A stretch of 64,000 bases of DNA from Anaerolineae bacterium (GTDB lineage Bacteria > Chloroflexota > Anaerolineae > S016-19): contig JALWAP010000107.1 in the NCBI GenBank assembly GCA_027016315.1, forward strand, positions 15,448 to 79,447, in the 5' to 3' direction. The first letter of the stretch is position 1; each line of letters opens with the position of its first letter. This document shows, in pieces, positions 1 through 7,163 of the stretch. The translations under genes were made by a program, and so were the position numbers. The notes under the pieces are model-generated. The model was not told the origin of the DNA and did no database searches. It worked only from the letters and a program-made list of their open reading frames with translations.

Positions 1-1136
1 CGACGAGCTATTTCCTGGCCCCTGAGCGAGAGGGTGATAGAAGAGGTTATCTGTGACTCTTGGGGGAGGTCTTGCTTTTCCAGCCTGCTGCTACCCTGCC
101 AGTTCACAGCAATACGACCAAAGCCTTCGGAACGTCGTTCGCCTACACCATCTTGTTGTAGACGCTCCAGTTCATCAAAAGTGAACGCATCTGCAGCAAA
201 TACAAACACGCTGCCCGCTCTTAAGGCCACAGCCTGAGGTAAAGGAGATCGCCAAGCACGATTAAAGCCTCCAACTACGGTAGTTTCGTAGTAGGCTTCT
301 TGCCAGCTGCGTTTTGGTTTACCAAGGGCTAAAGCCAAATCGTCCGTCCACTGGCCAGTTGCCGGGTGACTGAGAAGAGTATCGCTCAGTAAAGTGAGAA
401 CCAGTTTCCCGCTTTGCCGTTCATCCCCATAGGGGGTAAATTCCCGAAAATTATCGACCAGCCTCACCTCTTCTATTGAGATGGTACCGTATCCCGCGCT
501 ACGAGAGCGCCCAAGATGGGCAATGGGTTCCTGGTTTAGCAAGGCCTGGATTTCCTCCAAAACCTCTTCCTCGCCCAAAATCACCCCCTTTAACCTTTCC
601 CCTGCCGCAATGGCCTCGTAACGAAAAACTGTACTTTCCTCTTTCCCTTTGTGCATACGTTTCGGGCTGGCATTATGGTAGCGGACTTCTCTCTTTGCAC
701 GTACGAAGGTGACAACAACCTCACCTTCGTCCTCCTCCACCCGACAAAAGTCCTGACGCACACGCATGGAGTGCTCCAGGCTTTCCTTGTCTTCTTTCTC
801 CAGCAATGCGAAATCCCAGATGGGGTGTGCTTTGGCCTCAAAATCGCTCTTTTCCATTCGCCAGGAGAGAGGGACAGGCAAAGCGCGTTGACGCCGCCGG
901 TCTTCTGGATAAGCGTGCAGGTAGCAGGTACTGGGCTCCAGGAACAGCCTGCGGAAATGGGGATCCAATGCCGGGGTATCCACAGGGTGACGCTGGAGAT
1001 AACGCCCGGCCAGCAGCCCCCGCATGGCACTGCCAGGGACATACTCTAGGCTGGTCGAACTGTTTTCGCCACCAGGACGATAGGAAGAGAACAACACAGG
1101 TTGCAATGTGCGCAGGGTGTAGGTCAAGGCTTTCAT
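1..1136 (-). CDS. csx10: Type III CRISPR RAMP protein, Csx10-like (Cas5-family subunit typical of subtype III-D); N-terminal 378 codons only, C-terminus lies beyond the left edge
   Basis: Absent from the ORF track because no stop lies in the window. I read the minus frame codon by codon from ATG (1136-1134) to base 1 and found no stop. Product begins MKALTYTLRTLQPVLFSSYRPGGENSSTSLEYVPGSAMRGLLAG. It carries glycine-rich RAMP loops GRSRSAGYG and GERRSEGFGRI. The start overlaps the upstream stop in an ATGA junction (1133-1136). Confidence 0.75.
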   Translation of the reverse strand, partial: MKALTYTLRTLQPVLFSSYRPGGENSSTSLEYVPGSAMRGLLAGRYLQRHPVDTPALDPHFRRLFLEPSTCYLHAYPEDRRRQRALPVPLSWRMEKSDFEAKAHPIWDFALLEKEDKESLEHSMRVRQDFCRVEEDEGEVVVTFVRAKREVRYHNASPKRMHKGKEESTVFRYEAIAAGERLKGVILGEEEVLEEIQALLNQEPIAHLGRSRSAGYGTISIEEVRLVDNFREFTPYGDERQSGKLVLTLLSDTLLSHPATGQWTDDLALALGKPKRSWQEAYYETTVVGGFNRAWRSPLPQAVALRAGSVFVFAADAFTFDELERLQQDGVGERRSEGFGRIAVNWQGSSRLEKQDLPQESQITSSITLSLRGQEIAR

Positions 1137-1774
1137 ATGCCAATCTCCTGATAGAAACGATCGACCCAATGCTGCGTCACGTCTTGTCCGTCGCATAACA
1201 AGCTGGCTTTCAAGCGGCCGAAGCCACGGGTACGGCGTGAACCAGCACGGCGTAGGGCTTTGGTGCATACAGCGAGCAACGAGAGGTCGTCCTTGGTAAG
1301 GTTTTCTTCAAAAAAGAGAGGTGCCTGGAAAGTAGTATTTCGCAGGATAACGCGTATACTGCGCAAAGTATGGGCTTCGGGTACCCCTGTGACTTCCATC
1401 GCCGTTTGGCGACGGATTGCCGTCAAGGACTCCAAGACCTGAGAAGGTGTTAGCTTCCCCTCTTCTACCTGAGAAACCACAAAGGCGTGTAAGTCTTCAG
1501 GTAAGGCTGCATCGCCAACAGAGAGTATGCCTTTCTGCTCCCCAGGCACACCGAACAGCCGAGCCGCTGTACGCTCCCAATGCTCGCTTTGTTCCCCCAG
1601 CGCGGCCAAAGTATCGGCACACGCTTCGGTCAGGAGACCTTTCAATGTCCTTCCTCCCAAGAAAGGGAAACCCCAGCGATCATGTTGGACTTCAATGTCT
1701 ACCAAGCCGCTGACACCGTCACCGCGTGCAAAAACAGCCTCGCTTTTCAGAGTAAACTCGAGAAGGCACGTCAT
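1133..1774 (-). CDS. cas7: Type III CRISPR RAMP backbone subunit (Cas7 / Csm3-Cmr4-like)
   Basis: 213 aa with FLGGRTLKGLL and a C-terminal G-rich loop RRTRGFGRL, as expected for a RAMP. A GAGGAGGGG RBS precedes it. There is a 2-nt gap after the cas10 stop and a 4-nt overlap with csx10, so the genes are operonic. Confidence 0.7.
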   Translation of the reverse strand: MTCLLEFTLKSEAVFARGDGVSGLVDIEVQHDRWGFPFLGGRTLKGLLTEACADTLAALGEQSEHWERTAARLFGVPGEQKGILSVGDAALPEDLHAFVVSQVEEGKLTPSQVLESLTAIRRQTAMEVTGVPEAHTLRSIRVILRNTTFQAPLFFEENLTKDDLSLLAVCTKALRRAGSRRTRGFGRLKASLLCDGQDVTQHWVDRFYQEIGI

Positions 1775-1776
1775 GT

Positions 1777-3393
1777 CTACCCCTCCTCATCCAAGGGAAT
1801 AAAGAAATCCATCGCCTCAATGGCGTCAAAATATGGCGTCCGCTTACCTACCCATCCGCGTTTTTGGACCTCTGGGGAGACGCTTGCCAATGGTGGCAAC
1901 TCAGGAATTCGGTATAGTCTTCTGAAATTTTCCACGGCCTCGGGTGTGCCCTGACGGAGAACCTCTCGCAAAGACTTTACTTTATTTCGCCGATCGCGCC
2001 ATGCATCGTCCGTCTTGAAGGCCAGGGTGATCTCAACAAAATTACGCCAAGTTCGCCACCCATTATACGGGGCGAGCTCGTTCCCCAATGCCACAGGGCG
2101 CATCAGCAGTGTATGTCCACCCGGCAGATGATAGGCGTGACGAATTTCTTCCAAATCGCCAAGCAGGCCAGCACTGGCAAAATGCCAGTCCAAGGCGTTC
2201 AAATCGTGGTCACCATTGCGTTGGTCTTGAATAAACGCTTTCGCCGAGTGGTTGAGGGCCTCGGTCAAAACATACGCCTGCGCAAAAGGATAGTGGGTTT
2301 TCACAATGGCGATGCCCCCACGAGCGTAAATCGGCCATTGGTTTCCTTCTGGGCCGATCAAACGCTGCTGGGTAAGCACTTTAATGTAATGGGCGGCCAA
2401 GCCAAGCCCAAGACGGCCTTCGGTGACAAAAGTAACATCATCGCCGCCATAGACAATAGGTCGAATGGGGAGATATATCTTTCCCTTTTCATCTTTGGGG
2501 GTAATGCCGTATTCCGATTTTAACTTCTCCATATTTACGGCTAAAAGCCGGATTGTGCTCTCTAATGCAACGTGGGCGGCCCTTTTCATACTCTGAGAGA
2601 AAGCCCTCATGGCCTCCACATAGGCACGATTCTTTTCAGAAGCAGCATAATACTGGGAGAGTTTCCGAACTTTCTTTCCCATGCCATTCACGTCCACGTG
2701 AACCACTGCCATATAACTACTCTCGCCCTCGCTGCGTCCCAAGTGATCAAAATCCTTTGGAATGCCAAAGTCACCCCAAGCCCCCTTGAATTCTGTCCAC
2801 AGATACTGATGAGCATCGGAAGCAGCACGAATTTTCGCTTCAGCCTCAGCAGAGAGCAAACTCCCATTCTCCCGGGCAACAGCGGGTAAGCCGGTAAACG
2901 CCCCGGAGGCCGTAACTCCCATACCAAGAAACGGCATATCTGTAGGGCGATTTTGCTTTTGCCGGGCCAGCCTCTCCATAGTGCGTTGCACAACGCCTTC
3001 TTCACCACCAAGGGCGCACTTTCTCCAGTCAAATGGCTCAGAATGAGCCATGACCACTTGTAAGCCAGGCGCTTCACGAAGCGCCCGATGTGTCAACCTT
3101 GCGGCGAACTCACGGGCAAGTGCATCCGACGAAAACAAGACCACAGCGTTGCCACCGCCGAAATAGATTACTTCTGCATCTAATTTGCCCTCTTCTATTC
3201 TTTTGTTAGAGTCAAATATTATCTCTTTATCCTCTAACTTCACATTGCACGCTTTTGGCAATGCTTCGATAACCCAACGGCTTGTCGCTTGCTTTACAAT
3301 CCACGAAGCACCTACGTTCTGACGCAGGTGGTTTGTACCATAAATATAGGGCTGAATACCCGATGTATCGACGATAGTGAGGATGTATTCCAT
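1777..3393 (-). CDS. cas10: Cas10-like cyclase/polymerase subunit lacking an HD nuclease domain (538 aa)
   Basis: Track ORF is 1777-3447. I prefer ATG at 3393 (RBS AAGGAGAGAGCAAATG). The protein opens directly with palm-1 motif IVDTSGIQPYIYG. Palm-2 has an intact VYGGDDVTF, with GGDD encoded at nt 2437-2448. There is no H..HD motif and no room for an HD domain N-terminal of palm 1. No CxxC pairs lie between the palms. Confidence 0.85.
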   Translation of the reverse strand: MEYILTIVDTSGIQPYIYGTNHLRQNVGASWIVKQATSRWVIEALPKACNVKLEDKEIIFDSNKRIEEGKLDAEVIYFGGGNAVVLFSSDALAREFAARLTHRALREAPGLQVVMAHSEPFDWRKCALGGEEGVVQRTMERLARQKQNRPTDMPFLGMGVTASGAFTGLPAVARENGSLLSAEAEAKIRAASDAHQYLWTEFKGAWGDFGIPKDFDHLGRSEGESSYMAVVHVDVNGMGKKVRKLSQYYAASEKNRAYVEAMRAFSQSMKRAAHVALESTIRLLAVNMEKLKSEYGITPKDEKGKIYLPIRPIVYGGDDVTFVTEGRLGLGLAAHYIKVLTQQRLIGPEGNQWPIYARGGIAIVKTHYPFAQAYVLTEALNHSAKAFIQDQRNGDHDLNALDWHFASAGLLGDLEEIRHAYHLPGGHTLLMRPVALGNELAPYNGWRTWRNFVEITLAFKTDDAWRDRRNKVKSLREVLRQGTPEAVENFRRLYRIPELPPLASVSPEVQKRGWVGKRTPYFDAIEAMDFFIPLDEEG

Positions 3394-3419
3394 TTGCTCT
3401 CTCCTTAATACTGCAAAAT

Positions 3420-4652
3420 TCACATATGGGCCGATTTGCGGATCCACGCCTTGAGATACTCGGCCAACTCTGGTAACTCCTTAGGGCCAAAAGCCTTCAC
3501 ATGCCCCTCCGTTAACCAATCCTCATCAACTTCGCGCTCGATTTTAGCAGGGTCATCATACATTGAGACCAAAGCTGTATGGGCTTCATCCCCTCCCATC
3601 TGGTGGGAGCGCAGATACGCTTCAAACAATTTACTCTTACACAAAGACTTCCTGCCGTCGGTAGTGCAAGAGACTGCAAACAATTGGTATCCTCTTAAAG
3701 CCGCTACATCGAACTCAAAATGTTTATCCGCCTCCGAGGGAGTCTCAATGTTCATTCCCACCTCGTGCAAATCAACCTCTGAGGCAATGCGCTGGAAGGA
3801 CATCAAGACATAATGCTCCAGCCATTTGCCTGCCAGCCACTCAGCCAAGTGCTCGACGTTCCACTTTTTGTGGCCAACCCGAGACCTCAGACCATCTTCC
3901 AAGTCACCTAAAGACAAAGCCGTAGACATCCCAAAAGCCTGAAATACTCGTCCGGGCGGCCCCGATGAGGGTAAAGGCACCTCTCTCAAATCCCTCTTAC
4001 TCTTAAACTTGATGAATCTCGGGGGCCGTCTTAGATTTTGAGCACACCACTCGCGCCACTTTTCTCGTGAAATTCCGTCAGCGTGAATTTCAACCAGCAC
4101 CTTAATGACTTCAGGAAACCACACTTCAGCCGCAGGCTCTTTTTTGAGAGTGCGACCATGTAACTGCATCAAGGTCCGAAGGGGTAAACGGCAATCTGTC
4201 CCCACTTTGCGAACGTGAGTAGACCCATCAAGTTGCTCAATCCTCATTGCCAATTCCCTAGCATCCAGGTAACTGAATACGGCGTCGGAGCGCTTATCTG
4301 CAACAGCCCGATAAGCGTGAACAGCCATCGCTTTGGTGCCCCCCGTGTAATGCAAACCTATACTTCCTCTATCAGCAAACTCTTGGACCAGATCACCAAC
4401 CGCTTTGTAAATTCGTGAAGCATCTGTCCAATGAATTTCCCGCGGGGCAGGGACTTTCCATTTTTGGGCGCTCTGTTCAAAAACTTGCTTCAATCGCTCA
4501 GCGATCGCATAAGTATCTGCCGTAGCCAATAAAACGATAGTGCCCTCTGGTTTGGTGAGTAAACATCCGGCTACATAATTCGGCAGCGGATTCGTACCAA
4601 CTAGCAAGAACAGCACATCCGTCTGATATGCTTTCCACCGTTCACTTGGCAT
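3420..4652 (-). CDS. CARF domain + PD-(D/E)xK-fold protein, Can2/Card1-like cOA-sensing effector (catalytic ExK position substituted)
   Basis: Track ORF is 3420-4688. ATG at 4652 has a GGGAGGGG RBS, giving 410 aa. N-terminal CARF-type motifs are LFLLVGTNPLPN and LHYTGGTKAM. The C-terminal nuclease-fold motifs are GKWLEHYV, FEFD(315)V and then LFAVSCTT. Where relatives read I-E-C-K-T (from memory), this protein reads S328-C-T330 (nt 3663-3671). Confidence 0.75.
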   Translation of the reverse strand: MPSERWKAYQTDVLFLLVGTNPLPNYVAGCLLTKPEGTIVLLATADTYAIAERLKQVFEQSAQKWKVPAPREIHWTDASRIYKAVGDLVQEFADRGSIGLHYTGGTKAMAVHAYRAVADKRSDAVFSYLDARELAMRIEQLDGSTHVRKVGTDCRLPLRTLMQLHGRTLKKEPAAEVWFPEVIKVLVEIHADGISREKWREWCAQNLRRPPRFIKFKSKRDLREVPLPSSGPPGRVFQAFGMSTALSLGDLEDGLRSRVGHKKWNVEHLAEWLAGKWLEHYVLMSFQRIASEVDLHEVGMNIETPSEADKHFEFDVAALRGYQLFAVSCTTDGRKSLCKSKLFEAYLRSHQMGGDEAHTALVSMYDDPAKIEREVDEDWLTEGHVKAFGPKELPELAEYLKAWIRKSAHM

Positions 4653-4727
4653 AAGCCTTTCCCCTCCCTGCGTCTTATAATACTTCACTCTCCACCTTTT
4701 TACATCAGAACAACCTCTGAAATCCCC

Positions 4728-5609
4728 CTACTTTTCCCCAAACCACCTCCTCATCACCGGCAGGCAGGGGGCGAAATGCTCCCGGACGAAGTGATAGCTG
4801 ATGTACTCATCAGGCTCCAGGCCCCACGCGTTCCGGCATTCGTCCAGGATCGGGGTCTTGTGAGAGTCCACCGTCTTCAGCGTGATCACCAGCTTCTCGG
4901 CCACCTCCTGCGGTGTCAGGCCTTCGGCAAGCGCAATCAGCGTCTCTCGCTGGCGGGGCGTCAGCCGCTCCCACACCTGCCTGCACCGCTGGATGCTCAT
5001 GGCGTCCAGCATACGGGTGTAGGAAGAAAGAGCCTCCGATGGAGAAACCCCGGCCAGCATCCGGAGCGTGGGGAAATACGCCCCCCACGGCGCCATCGGT
5101 ATCTGGATCAGGCGAACGTTTTCCCCTGTAGGGTCGTGCAATATCGCACCATCCCGGGCGCGTTCCAGAAAATCCGCCTCCGTGAACATATGCCACGCCC
5201 TGTCCTGATGCCCGAACATCAACATCGCCGCAGAAAGCGCCATGAACCCGATCATCCTACGCCCACCTGCCAGCACCAGGTGCAGGCTCCGCTCCTCGTC
5301 CTTCAGGCTCCTGACCAGATTCCACACGTCCATCCAGACCGCTTCTGCGTCCGCCTCCGTCCTCACATCGCGGAGCGGCTCGCCCGAAGGTCTGCGCAGC
5401 AGGTGCCTTCGGAACCGGACCTTCCTGCCAGCGTAGGAACCTCCTGCGAACTCCCGCGCCAACTGAGAAAGCGCCCTGTTCACCCTGACATCCTCCGGCG
5501 ACAGATGCAGCACCACCACCTCGTCCACGCCATCGTCGAGCAGCAAATCGGCGGCGAAAGTCACCACCTGCGCCTGCCCGCCCATCGTAACCACCAGAGT
5601 TTTTCCCAC
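4728..5609 (-). CDS. CARF-like sensor domain fused to a C-terminal LuxR/GerE-type HTH (putative cOA-responsive transcription regulator)
   Basis: GTG start with a GGGGGAGAA RBS. N-terminal motifs LVVTMGGQAQVVTFAADLL and LVLAGGRRMIGF resemble the NE0113-type CRISPR-associated Rossmann (CARF) family, recalled from memory. The C-terminus LTPRQRETLIALAEGLTPQEVAEKLVITLKTVDSHKTPIL is a canonical LuxR-family HTH. It is the first gene of the minus-strand cas operon. Confidence 0.75.
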   Translation of the reverse strand: MGKTLVVTMGGQAQVVTFAADLLLDDGVDEVVVLHLSPEDVRVNRALSQLAREFAGGSYAGRKVRFRRHLLRRPSGEPLRDVRTEADAEAVWMDVWNLVRSLKDEERSLHLVLAGGRRMIGFMALSAAMLMFGHQDRAWHMFTEADFLERARDGAILHDPTGENVRLIQIPMAPWGAYFPTLRMLAGVSPSEALSSYTRMLDAMSIQRCRQVWERLTPRQRETLIALAEGLTPQEVAEKLVITLKTVDSHKTPILDECRNAWGLEPDEYISYHFVREHFAPCLPVMRRWFGEK

Positions 5610-5624
5610 ATTCTCCCCCGAATA

Positions 5625-5640
5625 TCAGAGATTTCTCCGA
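5625..5640. promoter_or_regulatory. Imperfect 16-bp inverted repeat in the divergent control region (candidate operator)
   Basis: TCAGAGATTTCTCCGA matches its own reverse complement at 12 of 16 positions (half-sites GAGA / TCTC). It lies 16-31 nt upstream of the CARF-LuxR GTG start and about 50 nt upstream of the AAA-Csx3 ATG. Confidence 0.25.
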
Positions 5641-5691
5641 TGCAAACCCCGCCTTTCTGAGTTAAACTTGTACCGAGAGGAGCGAAAGACC

Positions 5692-6798
5692 ATGTCCGAA
5701 TTTCCGGCCATCCTCATCGGCGGCCCGCCCCACAGCGGGAAATCGGTGCTGGCGTACCACCTGACCCGCAGACTCCGCCAGCTCCGGGTGGATCACTACG
5801 TCCTCCGGGCCTACCCCGACGGAGAAGGCGACTGGAGCTACGAAGCCGACCAGAACCTGGTCCGCGCCATCAGAATCAAAGGCATCGGCGACGACAGATG
5901 GGTCGCCAGGATACGCCGCGACATCGCCCGAAGGCACCTGCCGCTCATCGTGGACGTGGGCGGCAAACCCACCCCGTCCCAGGAAACCATCTTCGACGAA
6001 TGCACCCACGCCATCCTCCTCTGGCCCGACGAGATCGCCCATCAGGAGTGGATCTCCCGCATGGAACGCCACGGCCTGCCGATCATCGCCGACCTGCACT
6101 CATCCCTCAATGGCACCGACGAAATCGCCTCCACGGGACCGGTGGTACGGGGCACCATATCCGGGCTGGACAGAACCAACCCGAAGCTCGGACCGGCGTT
6201 CGACGCCGTGTTCGAAAAAGTTGCCGGACTCTTCGCCACCGACAGGGAAGCCCTGCGCCGGAAGCACATCCTGGAAGCTCCGGTGGACCTGGCGATAGAC
6301 ATCGAACGACTCGCCTACACCCTGAAAGTCCCCGGCAACCCACCCCGATGGCGTCCGGAGGACATTCCGGCGCTCATAGACTACCTGCCGGAGCACAAGC
6401 CGCTGGGAGTGTACGGCAGGGCCCCTTGCTGGATATACTCGGCGCTGGCGGCCTATTCGCTTCCCGCCGAATTCTGGCAGTTCGACCCAAGGTACGGGTG
6501 GATGAAGCCGCCGACACTCCGCATTTCTGGGAAGTGGAACGATGCTCCGTGGACTGTGATGTATTCCCAGGAAGGTAAAGTTATTCGCCTGTATTTTGCT
6601 CTAAGGCACCACTACGTGGACCCGATAGACGCTGGAGGGCAACCTGTACCAAAAGTCGCTCCCGAACGCTCAGTCATCCTGGAAGGCAAACTCCCTCTGT
6701 GGCTTTTCACGGCTTTGACCAGAACTTACGCTCCGTATCATGCAGTGTTCGTATCTCAACCCCAGCTTTCGGACAAGCCGGTAAAAGTCTCTAAATGA
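5692..6798 (+). CDS. csx3: P-loop NTPase fused to two tandem Csx3 (Crn3 ring-nuclease-type) modules
   Basis: Track ORF starts at TTG 5668. ATG 5692 has a GAGGAG RBS, giving 368 aa. Walker A is ILIGGPPHSGKS and Walker B-like is PLIVDVGG. Module A (about aa 198-275) reads LGVYGRAPCWIYSALAAYS..FWQFDPRYGW. Module B (about aa 286-365) reads VILEGKLPLWLFTALTRTYAPYHAVFVSQPQL. Both mirror the A. fulgidus Csx3 core VVISGRGPIWLHCFLAHKYHH..VAVYDPRLG, recalled from memory. Confidence 0.8.
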   Translation: MSEFPAILIGGPPHSGKSVLAYHLTRRLRQLRVDHYVLRAYPDGEGDWSYEADQNLVRAIRIKGIGDDRWVARIRRDIARRHLPLIVDVGGKPTPSQETIFDECTHAILLWPDEIAHQEWISRMERHGLPIIADLHSSLNGTDEIASTGPVVRGTISGLDRTNPKLGPAFDAVFEKVAGLFATDREALRRKHILEAPVDLAIDIERLAYTLKVPGNPPRWRPEDIPALIDYLPEHKPLGVYGRAPCWIYSALAAYSLPAEFWQFDPRYGWMKPPTLRISGKWNDAPWTVMYSQEGKVIRLYFALRHHYVDPIDAGGQPVPKVAPERSVILEGKLPLWLFTALTRTYAPYHAVFVSQPQLSDKPVKVSK

Positions 6799-7117
6799 AG
6801 TCCGGCACTCCCGACGAATGACGCCCTCTCACAGTCTTACTCTGCAAGCGAAGTTTTCCATTTGATACATTCTACAACGATAAGCATACCTCTGTCAAAA
6901 AAACGAGCCCCAGGGTCTAAGATGTGTATTCTGACATTCTCGAGATGTGTCTTCGTGGAGGTCTTGGGCAACCAGCCTGTTGGGCCGTACTGGTTCATCT
7001 GTCCTGATGAAGGGGAGCAGCGACGACGAGCCCCTGCCTCGGCCGGGAATGAGGCGACAGAGGGCGCCCGCGAAGGGGCTGTAGCTCGGACTCACGCCCG
7101 AAAGTCGCAGAACGCTT

Positions 7118-7163
7118 CAAAACACAGCGGCGTTGCACGGGTTCGACACCCGCGAAACGCCGC
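7118..7163 (-). terminator. Probable intrinsic terminator of the lipoprotein gene
   Basis: An 8-bp stem GCGGCGTT (7127-7134) / AACGCCGC (7156-7163) encloses an inner CGGG..CCCG helix. On the minus strand it is followed by TGTGTTTTG. It sits about 60 nt after the stop at 7223. Confidence 0.45.

Noticed and set aside
6540-6798. Impression that the second Csx3 module has lower G+C than the rest of the gene, which would suggest a chimeric origin.
   Set aside because: Hand counts were inconsistent: 27/60 for 6541-6600 but 68/120 for 6601-6720. The impression is not supported without proper window statistics.
7004-7040. CUGAUGA box followed by a hairpin (hammerhead ribozyme-like).
   Set aside because: The hairpin is not followed by the obligatory GAAA box, and no stem I/III pairing or cleavage-site triplet can be placed.
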